This document shows, one piece after another, positions 1 to 6,795 of a DNA stretch of 25,211 nt. Origin of the DNA: a virus (taxonomy: Duplodnaviria > Caudoviricetes); the IMG/VR virus record IMGVR_UViG_3300032129_000033, positions 1 through 25,211 of that record; one strand, 5' to 3'. The notes under the pieces are model-generated. The model had not been told where the DNA came from. It was given only the letters and a program-made list of their open reading frames with translations, and did no database searches. Position numbers and translations under genes: made by a program. Within the stretch, counting starts at the first letter, position 1, and each line of letters begins with the position of its first letter.

Positions 1-1
1 G

Positions 2-46
2 TGTGCTGCCTTAAATCAAACGGGGCAATTGAAACTGTTTAATTAA
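2..46 (+). CDS. Possible 3' end of an upstream gene (partial)
   Basis: Frame reads CAALNQTGQLKLFN-stop, followed by an A-rich leader before the ATG at 70; frame cannot be proven from 15 codons. Confidence 0.35.
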   Translation, partial: CAALNQTGQLKLFN

Positions 47-69
47 ACTCTATAAATCAAAAATTCAAA

Positions 70-624
70 ATGGAAATAGACATTAATTTTCAAACACCGG
101 TTGAAGTGTGTAAATATATGGCTTCAATGATTCCTTTTGATGCTGCTAAAATTTTAGAACCTACACCTGGACTTGGAAATTTAGTTCGTTCCATTGAAAA
201 ATTAGGGTATGATGTAGAACGGCCGGAGGACTATTTTTTAGAAAGAGACAGGTACCGGAACCTTGAATGGGATTGCATTCTTTTAAATCCTCCCTTTTCT
301 TCCAAAACAGCCTATTTAAAAAATGCTCCTGAGGAATGGGTAGATCATAGAGGAATGAAGTTCGGTTATAAAATGCTTTTGGAAATGATGCTGATATCAG
401 ATAATGTAATCGCATTGATGCCTTGGTTCACAATTTCAGATTCAGATGTGAGACTTAGAAGGTTAAAGAAATTCGGATTAAAATCTGTTACCGCCTTACC
501 TCGTAAAACTTTCCAGTATGCGAGAATTCAAACAATGGTTCTTGAATTACAAAAAGGCTACACCGGAACCACGGAATTTAAGGTTTTCGATTTACTGGGA
601 ATTAATCAATATGAACTTTTATAA
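70..624 (+). CDS. Orphan amino (N6-adenine-type) DNA methyltransferase, 184 aa
   Basis: FQTP (motif X), ILEPTPGLGNL (SAM-binding motif I) and ILLNPPF (catalytic motif IV) in gamma-class order. Confidence 0.85.
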   Translation: MEIDINFQTPVEVCKYMASMIPFDAAKILEPTPGLGNLVRSIEKLGYDVERPEDYFLERDRYRNLEWDCILLNPPFSSKTAYLKNAPEEWVDHRGMKFGYKMLLEMMLISDNVIALMPWFTISDSDVRLRRLKKFGLKSVTALPRKTFQYARIQTMVLELQKGYTGTTEFKVFDLLGINQYELL

Positions 625-626
625 TC

Positions 627-3416
627 ATGCAAATAGTAGAATACACTAACGAGTTCCAGGTCCGCATTGATTTCAATCATTGGAGGAAAAGGAATACTGC
701 AGCGGTAAAGAAAATACCTGCAGCCAAATTTGATTATACCGATAAGGTATGGAGGATCCCACTCAACCAAAGAGGGAATCTGGTACTCCTTCAGAATTAT
801 TGCAAGGCCAAATACTACAAAGTGGATGAGTCCCCTCAGGAACTTGGGAACATTGCACCGCTTCCGGAACTGGCCGTTGAGATCCCACTATCCCATCCAG
901 ATGGGTTTGGGTTCCGGCCTTATCAAACTCAGGGAGTGGCAAGGGGTTTGGAATTGAAACGATTTATGAATGGGGATGAACAAGGTTTGGGAAAAACTTT
1001 GCAGAGCATTGCCACTCTATATGCCGATTTTCTCAAAGGTGAAGATGTATTTCCGGCCCTGGTTATTTGCCCGGCATCCACAAAGATCAACTGGAAGCGG
1101 GAATGGGAAATGTGGACAGATCGCAAAGCGATGCTTCTGGATAACAAGATTAAATCCAACTGGCCCCGATATTATGAAATAGGAATGGCCGATGTATTCA
1201 TTGTGAACTATGAGAGCCTGAAGAAGTATTTCGTTCAGCATATGCCTCCAAAGGGAAAGCTGAGAACCTCCAAGGATATCATTATGGATCCAAGAGTGGA
1301 CCTGTTGAAATCTGTGATCGTAGACGAATCCCATAGGTGTTTTACTTATGAAACCAAAATATTGACAAATAAAGGTTGGTTAATGATTGGTGAAATTGTT
1401 GAAAAAAGAATGCAAAATTTATTAGTTGCGTCTATGTGTCTTTCGGACAATTCCGTATCTTTCAAGAGAATTATAAATTTTTGGAAAAATGAAAAGCAAG
1501 GCAGGAAAATACATTCAGTCAGAGCAGGTAACCGTGAAATACACACAACCGAAAACCATAAAATATACGTGGACGGACGTAAATGGAAAGAAGCAGTATC
1601 GGTACGAAGTGGAGAAAGCTTGTATGTATTGCAAGAAAGATTTCTGGACGAGGAAAACTGGAAAAACAACAGCGATTTATTGCGGAAAGAGTTGTGCATC
1701 CAAAGAAGTGAATTCCAGACCGGCAGTCAGAGAAAAAATGGACAGGAACAAAAAGAAACCATTGCCAGTCAAAGAGTGTTTAGAATGTGGGGAAAAATTC
1801 ACACAAACCCGGCACGGAAAAGAAGCATCAAAGCAAAGGTTTTGTTCTCAAAGCTGTTCTGCAAAATGGAGAATGAGACAACCAGAAGTATTGGAAGCTC
1901 AACGTTCGCCCGAAAAGATCGCAAAAAACAAAGCAGCTGCTATCAAACAAATGCAAGACCCGGCATTAAGATTAATGTATTCGGAAAGAATGAAAGAAAC
2001 CAATCCTATGCATTTAGAAGAAGTCAGGAAGTTGGTTTCAGAAAAAAAGAAAGGAAAGCCTTTCAATTTCAGAGCGGGGAACGGTCAACTAACAGAACCT
2101 CAGATTCGCTTGCACAAAGCATTGGGATTGTCAGAAGAAAGTATAGAATATCCAATAATAACCGCTTCTGTAAAAGACCAATTCAGCAGAATTCCAAACT
2201 GCTACAAATCGGATATCGCAATACCGGAAATAAAGTTGTCAATAGAAGTAGATGGGCATTCCCACAAAGCTTTCAAGGTAAAAGCACAGGACGAATTGAA
2301 AACGAAAGTATTGAACTCGTTAGGGTGGAAGGTAATTCGGTTCTGGAATCAGGAAATATTGGAAGACCTTCCAAAAGTCCTGAAAGAGATAAATACGTTT
2401 ATGACCTCGAAATAGCAGACAACCACAATTACTTCGCTAATGGCATCTTAGTTTCAAACTGCAAGGATACCAAAACTCAACAGGCAAAGTTCACCCTCAA
2501 TATTTGCAAGGATAAAGAACGGGTGATTCTGCTAACCGGTACCCCTGTAGTTAACAAACCAATGGACCTGTTCCCGCAGCTGGCAATAATGAACCGCCTT
2601 GAACATTTCGGAGGAAAGAAAGGATTCCTGGAGCGTTACTGTGAAGGTGGAAGAGGAGCCGCCAATCTCAAGGAACTTAATTATCTGCTCAACAAACATT
2701 GTTTCTTCCGGAGGGAAAAGAAGGATGTGGCCAAAGATCTTCCAGAGAAGCAACGCCAAACCATTATGTGCGATATCACTACCAGATCTATTTACAACAA
2801 GGCACGAGATGAGTTCGCGAAGTACCTGAAGGAAAAGGGTTGTGATGATGCGGAAGTCGCTAAGAAACTACGTGGTGAGATCATGGTGAAGATGGCAGAG
2901 CTTAAGAAGATCTCAGCTTACGGAAAACTGAACGAGGCAAAAGAATTTATTCACCAGGTAATTGATGCAGGTGAAAAGCTGATTGTCTTTGTGGTCCATC
3001 ACGTAATTGTCGATGAGCTGAAAAAGGAATTCCCGGACGCTGTTACTGTTACCGGTAGAGATAATACTGAGCAGAAACAAAATGCAATAGATGGTTTCCA
3101 ACAGAACCCAGATGTGAAGCTCATCATATGTAATATCAAAGCAGCCGGGGTTGGTATTACCCTCACCGCTTCCTCCAGAGTGGCATTCATTGAATACCCT
3201 TGGACTTATTCAGACTGCGTGCAATGTGAGGACAGGGCGCACAGGATTGGCCAGACCAACAATGTGATGTGTACTTACTTTCTTGGACAAAAAACCATTG
3301 ATGAGCAGCTTTACGCAATGATTCAGGCAAAGAGACACGTGGGGAATACCATCACCGGTGCAACGGATAAAATGGAGATGACCATGGTAAGTAATTTAAT
3401 GGAACTTTTTAATTAG
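627..3416 (+). CDS. SNF2/HARP-like SF2 helicase-ATPase precursor (929 aa; 555 aa after intein removal)
   Basis: RPYQ, DEQGLGKT (Walker A), LVICPAS, VIVDESH (motif II), LLTGTP (III), AAGVGITLT (V), QCEDRAHRIGQ (VI). Confidence 0.95.
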   Translation: MQIVEYTNEFQVRIDFNHWRKRNTAAVKKIPAAKFDYTDKVWRIPLNQRGNLVLLQNYCKAKYYKVDESPQELGNIAPLPELAVEIPLSHPDGFGFRPYQTQGVARGLELKRFMNGDEQGLGKTLQSIATLYADFLKGEDVFPALVICPASTKINWKREWEMWTDRKAMLLDNKIKSNWPRYYEIGMADVFIVNYESLKKYFVQHMPPKGKLRTSKDIIMDPRVDLLKSVIVDESHRCFTYETKILTNKGWLMIGEIVEKRMQNLLVASMCLSDNSVSFKRIINFWKNEKQGRKIHSVRAGNREIHTTENHKIYVDGRKWKEAVSVRSGESLYVLQERFLDEENWKNNSDLLRKELCIQRSEFQTGSQRKNGQEQKETIASQRVFRMWGKIHTNPARKRSIKAKVLFSKLFCKMENETTRSIGSSTFARKDRKKQSSCYQTNARPGIKINVFGKNERNQSYAFRRSQEVGFRKKERKAFQFQSGERSTNRTSDSLAQSIGIVRRKYRISNNNRFCKRPIQQNSKLLQIGYRNTGNKVVNRSRWAFPQSFQGKSTGRIENESIELVRVEGNSVLESGNIGRPSKSPERDKYVYDLEIADNHNYFANGILVSNCKDTKTQQAKFTLNICKDKERVILLTGTPVVNKPMDLFPQLAIMNRLEHFGGKKGFLERYCEGGRGAANLKELNYLLNKHCFFRREKKDVAKDLPEKQRQTIMCDITTRSIYNKARDEFAKYLKEKGCDDAEVAKKLRGEIMVKMAELKKISAYGKLNEAKEFIHQVIDAGEKLIVFVVHHVIVDELKKEFPDAVTVTGRDNTEQKQNAIDGFQQNPDVKLIICNIKAAGVGITLTASSRVAFIEYPWTYSDCVQCEDRAHRIGQTNNVMCTYFLGQKTIDEQLYAMIQAKRHVGNTITGATDKMEMTMVSNLMELFN
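1338..2459 (+). mobile_element. Intein, 374 aa (precursor aa 238-611), inserted just after helicase motif II (DESHR|CKD)
   Basis: Block A CFTYETKILT, block B IHTTENHKIYV (TxxH), blocks F/G VYDLEIADNHNYFANGILVSN followed by +1 Cys; removal restores a typical DESHRCKD motif. Confidence 0.93.
1489..2415 (+). CDS. Putative homing endonuclease (two C4 zinc fingers, NUMOD3-like segment, Vsr-like/DUF559 nuclease domain), 308 aa, nested in the +1 frame of the intein
   Basis: CMYC-x16-CGKSC and CLEC-x18-CSQSC; HLEEVRKLVSEKKKGK; YKSDIAIPEIKLSIEVDGHSH...D...LNSLGWKVIRFWNQEI; ATG in an A-rich context. Confidence 0.88.
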   Translation: MKSKAGKYIQSEQVTVKYTQPKTIKYTWTDVNGKKQYRYEVEKACMYCKKDFWTRKTGKTTAIYCGKSCASKEVNSRPAVREKMDRNKKKPLPVKECLECGEKFTQTRHGKEASKQRFCSQSCSAKWRMRQPEVLEAQRSPEKIAKNKAAAIKQMQDPALRLMYSERMKETNPMHLEEVRKLVSEKKKGKPFNFRAGNGQLTEPQIRLHKALGLSEESIEYPIITASVKDQFSRIPNCYKSDIAIPEIKLSIEVDGHSHKAFKVKAQDELKTKVLNSLGWKVIRFWNQEILEDLPKVLKEINTFMTSK

Positions 3417-3423
3417 AAATATT

Positions 3424-3618
3424 ATGAGACAAAATATTTTTGATAAAAACGGAAAGTTAATAGGACAAAATTATCAAAGAGAAGATGGTAGATGGATGCA
3501 TAAATGGGCAAGTGTAAACCACGAAGGTTTTGATAAGTTCTCCTGGAGATTTAAGGCTAAAGGTGAGAGTATGGAAACTTGGACTTACAAAGAAGTAATA
3601 GAAGCAACCAAAAATTAA
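3424..3618 (+). CDS. Hypothetical protein, 64 aa
   Basis: Fills the gap between helicase and initiator on the same strand, 7 nt after the helicase stop. Confidence 0.7.
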   Translation: MRQNIFDKNGKLIGQNYQREDGRWMHKWASVNHEGFDKFSWRFKAKGESMETWTYKEVIEATKN

Positions 3619-3639
3619 CAATATAACACCCCAGCAATA

Positions 3640-4377
3640 ATGGCTAGACCAAAAAAATTTAACGCTGATTACTTTTCTCACGATGCAGATATGAGGAACG
3701 ATCCTAAACTTAAAGCCCTAAGGAGAAAGTTTGGTATTGAAGGGTATGCGATCTGGAATATGATGATGGAAATCCTTACTGATTCTAATGATTTTGAATA
3801 CGAATGGTCAGAGCTTAATATTGAATTATTATCAGGGGATTTTGACGTAGAACCGGAATTCTTAAAAGAGATAATCAACTACTGTTTTAAGCTGAAATTA
3901 CTCCAAATTGAGGACGATTTGATTTTTTCGTCAAAATTGAAAGAGAGGTTTGAAACTATGCTAAACAGGCGTAAAGAAGATAGAAAACGAAAGGAAAAGG
4001 GGTTTTCCGCAGGGAAAATACAAGATATAAAAGTTATCCGCACGGAAAGTACACAAAGTAAAGTAAAGGAGAGTAAAGGAAAGGAAAGTAAAGAAAAGAA
4101 AAAGAGAGAGTCGCGCGCGATTAATTTTCTAAAAACTGAATACCCCCAAAGGTTTGAAACGGACTTCCTGATGAAGTATAAATCCAAGATCGAGAATACT
4201 AAAAAATTTGCACAGGATTTTAACGATACCGTTGATCAGGAAAGTTTAGAATTTACCGATAGAATTCTATTTGCCAGGCTTGGAAAATATTCCCGGAACT
4301 GGATTGAAAACCAAAACAAATATTCAAAAACCCCAGCACCCGATTCGTATGAATCAGGAAAACTTAAAAGATTTTAA
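3640..4377 (+). CDS. Phage replication initiator / replisome organizer (DUF4373/Lin1244-like N-terminus), 245 aa
   Basis: MARPKK..DYFSHDADMRNDPKLKALRRKFGIEGYAIW N-terminus, QSKVKESKGKE linker, position immediately upstream of DnaB. Confidence 0.8.
   Translation: MARPKKFNADYFSHDADMRNDPKLKALRRKFGIEGYAIWNMMMEILTDSNDFEYEWSELNIELLSGDFDVEPEFLKEIINYCFKLKLLQIEDDLIFSSKLKERFETMLNRRKEDRKRKEKGFSAGKIQDIKVIRTESTQSKVKESKGKESKEKKKRESRAINFLKTEYPQRFETDFLMKYKSKIENTKKFAQDFNDTVDQESLEFTDRILFARLGKYSRNWIENQNKYSKTPAPDSYESGKLKRF
4002..4053. repeat. Two 21-bp direct repeats (candidate origin iterons) followed by a purine-rich tract to ~4110
   Basis: gttttccgcagggaaaataca (4002-4022) and gttatccgcacggaaagtaca (4033-4053), 18/21 identical, 31-bp period. 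Confidence 0.55.
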
Positions 4378-4379
4378 TA

Positions 4380-5861
4380 ATGGCAGAACCACTACAAAAT
4401 ACAAATTATAATCCAAAAGGATCTCAGGTGATTTCACTCGAGAAAGGAAAAATTCCACCTCAGGCAATTGATCTTGAAGAAGCAATTTTGGGAATAGCCC
4501 TACAGGATAAATATGCCATTGGCCAGGTAGTGGAAATTTTCAGGGATGAGCAGGTATTTTACAAAGCTGCACATCAGGAAATTTACAATGCGATGCTGGA
4601 GATGTTCGAAGCAAGCGAACCGGTAGATTTGCTCTCGATCATCCACAAATTAAAATCCAGAAATACCCTGGAGAAAATTGGAGGTGAGTTCTTCCTGATC
4701 CAGTTAACCCAAAAGTTTTCAACATCTGCTCACATCGAATATCACTGCAGGATCGTTATGCAAATGCACGTCAAGCGCCAATCGATCAGAGTGGCCAATG
4801 AAATCATTGAACAATCCTACAACGATGAATCGGATATTTTCGATCTGCTTTCAGAATCCCAAAAGCAAATCGATGATGTTGCACAATGGCTGATCAGGAA
4901 AAAACCCTCTGATTTCAAAACTGTGGTTGATAGTATTTTTGATGCTTCAGAAAATAACATTGCCGGAGTTCCAAGTTCCCTGGCCAAGCTTCAGAAAAAA
5001 TTAAACGGGTACCGCGAAACAGATTTAATTATTCTTGCCGCACGTCCCGGGATGGGAAAAACAGCCTTAATGCTCAACGAGGTGAAACATATGGCTAAGC
5101 AGGGAAATCCCGTTGGGATCTTCAGCCTGGAGATGAGCGCCAAGGATCTTGGACGTAGGATGCTTGCAGAGGAATGCGGGATTGATTCAAGTAAATTAAC
5201 CCTTAACAACCTTGAGGATTTTGAGCGAAAGCTGATGAATGAAAAGCGTGCTGAATTTGAAAAGCTGCCGATATTTATTCACGATCAGGCAAGCTTAAGC
5301 CCTATGGAACTCAAAGTGCAGGCCGGAAAATGGAAACGGGAAAACGGAATCAAAATGATATTCGTGGATTATTTGCAACTTATGAGCGCCTCAGGGAAAA
5401 ACGGCACCGGGAACCGGGAGCAAGAGATCAGCAGTATCTCCAGGAGCCTCAAAGCAACCGCCAAGGATCTTGAAGTTCCGGTCATGGCATTATCTCAAAT
5501 GTCCAGGGCCGTTGAACAGCGAGGCGGTTTCAAACGTGCCATCCTTTCAGATCTCAGGGAATCAGGAGCCATCGAGCAGGATGCCGATGTGATTATGTTC
5601 CTGTTACGTCCGGAGTATTACAAGATCTACGAATGGGATGATGATGATCACACTTCTTGCAGAGGTCAGGCTGAAATATCCATTGCTAAATTCCGTGGAG
5701 GAGAAACTGGTCAAACCATTGTAGGCTGCGATCTTCAGTATATGCGGTTTTATGACCTGGAGGAGCGGGATTCGTTCTTTGAAAAACTTCCTAACCAAGA
5801 TCCCAACGATGCCTTTGAACCTGTAGCCGTAGATGCTGATGAAGATGATCTCCCTTTCTGA
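4380..5861 (+). CDS. dnaB: Replicative DNA helicase DnaB, 493 aa
   Basis: PPQAIDLEEAILG N-domain, ILAARPGMGKT (Walker A), FSLEMS, FVDYLQL, LSQMSR, SDLRESGAIEQDAD. Confidence 0.96.
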   Translation: MAEPLQNTNYNPKGSQVISLEKGKIPPQAIDLEEAILGIALQDKYAIGQVVEIFRDEQVFYKAAHQEIYNAMLEMFEASEPVDLLSIIHKLKSRNTLEKIGGEFFLIQLTQKFSTSAHIEYHCRIVMQMHVKRQSIRVANEIIEQSYNDESDIFDLLSESQKQIDDVAQWLIRKKPSDFKTVVDSIFDASENNIAGVPSSLAKLQKKLNGYRETDLIILAARPGMGKTALMLNEVKHMAKQGNPVGIFSLEMSAKDLGRRMLAEECGIDSSKLTLNNLEDFERKLMNEKRAEFEKLPIFIHDQASLSPMELKVQAGKWKRENGIKMIFVDYLQLMSASGKNGTGNREQEISSISRSLKATAKDLEVPVMALSQMSRAVEQRGGFKRAILSDLRESGAIEQDADVIMFLLRPEYYKIYEWDDDDHTSCRGQAEISIAKFRGGETGQTIVGCDLQYMRFYDLEERDSFFEKLPNQDPNDAFEPVAVDADEDDLPF

Positions 5862-6286
5862 TGCAGTGGACCATCGATGACATAAAAAAGCTGAAGCTTG
5901 GTAATAATTATACCGAAAACGTACCTGGACAAACCAAAAACGTAATCAAATTACCTAAAATTGAAAAGGTTTCCATCGAAAAAGAAACCATCAAGAAGCT
6001 GCTGTGGGTTTTTGACCGGGAAGGATTGATCCCTGGTTACGTGGAGGAGCTTCAATTCTCACAGGATCGGAAGTTCCGCTTTGACTGGGCTATCCCTGAG
6101 CTGATGATAGCTATCGAGTATGAAGGATTGATCAGCAAAAAAAGCAGGCATACCACAATCAAAGGATATTCAAATGATTGTTCAAAATATAATTTTGCCC
6201 AATCCCTGGGGTGGATTGTTTTAAGATACACCGTTATAAATTACAAAGAATTAGGAAATGACTTAAAAAACTTGTTAAAAATGTAA
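5861..6286 (+). CDS. Small Vsr-like/PD-(D/E)xK-type endonuclease, 141 aa
   Basis: RKFRFDWAIPELMIAIEYEG...H...D..KYN..SLGWIVLRYT motif; post-DnaB position typical of phage resolvase-like nucleases. Confidence 0.75.
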   Translation: MQWTIDDIKKLKLGNNYTENVPGQTKNVIKLPKIEKVSIEKETIKKLLWVFDREGLIPGYVEELQFSQDRKFRFDWAIPELMIAIEYEGLISKKSRHTTIKGYSNDCSKYNFAQSLGWIVLRYTVINYKELGNDLKNLLKM

Positions 6287-6304
6287 TATAATATATTACA
6301 TTTG
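6272..6304 (+). promoter_or_regulatory. Bacteroidota-type housekeeping promoter upstream of the terminase region
   Basis: TACATTTG at 6297-6304 matches the -7 consensus TAnnTTTG; TTG at 6272-6274 (22-nt spacer); lies at the start of a 215-nt intergenic gap. Confidence 0.55.
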
Positions 6305-6403
6305 TTTATGGGATTCCCCGATTGAATTCCCAAAATGTTTAAAACCATACCCCCCAATGGATAAGCAGATTACTTGCCGTATTATAAATCATCCAACCTT
6401 TAC

Positions 6404-6498
6404 AATCCCTAAAACGAAGCTATTCCCACGTATAGCTGGGTCCTGCCTACCCCAATTTCAAGGTGGAGCCGAGAGAATTTTAGGGGTTTTATTTTATT
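6404..6498 (+). other. Predicted multibranch RNA structure followed by a U-rich tract (possible terminator/attenuator or small RNA)
   Basis: Outer 11-bp stem AATCCCTAAAA (6404-6414)/TTTTAGGGGTT (6478-6488); inner hairpins AGCTAT/ATAGCT (6418-6437) and GGGT/ACCC (6438-6452). Confidence 0.4.
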
Positions 6499-6501
6499 GA
6501 T

Positions 6502-6795
6502 ATGAAAGAAATACAGCCGCTATCCCAGGACAAAATAGTTATCGAAAAACAAGCCGAACAAGAGAAACAAAACAAACTTGTAGGCAGGATCATCCCTAAA
6601 AAAGGGCATATCATTTTCGAGGTGAACCTAAAAAATGGGGATGTCAATGAAGCTGAATTTGAAAAATTATTGCTCCTTGAGGAAATAAAACGCCCCAAAA
6701 AGAAAATCCAGGTTAACAAAGATTGCATTTATGTTTCAGCCTTAAACCTGAAAAACCTTAAAAAGAAACTGCTTGGAGCAGGGATAATTAAATGA
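6502..6795 (+). CDS. Hypothetical protein, 97 aa
   Basis: ATGA overlap with the downstream terminase small subunit. Confidence 0.75.
   Translation: MKEIQPLSQDKIVIEKQAEQEKQNKLVGRIIPKKGHIIFEVNLKNGDVNEAEFEKLLLLEEIKRPKKKIQVNKDCIYVSALNLKNLKKKLLGAGIIK

Noticed and set aside
1346-1699. 117-aa minus-strand ORF over the intein
   Set aside because: No motifs; antisense shadow of an already dual-coded region
1640-2385. In-frame LAGLIDADG or HNH endonuclease inside the intein
   Set aside because: No such motifs; the segment reads as the off-frame translation of the nested gene
1338-2459. Group I/II intron as the explanation for the helicase insertion
   Set aside because: The insert is an exact multiple of three, stop-free and bounded by protein-splicing motifs; no intron core was recognised
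4054-4110. aaagt/aaagg short repeats as a CRISPR or VNTR
   Set aside because: Degenerate, no spacers; they encode the Lys/Glu/Ser linker typical of these initiators
6404-6488. tRNA
   Set aside because: No T-loop GTTC, D-loop or acceptor-stem geometry
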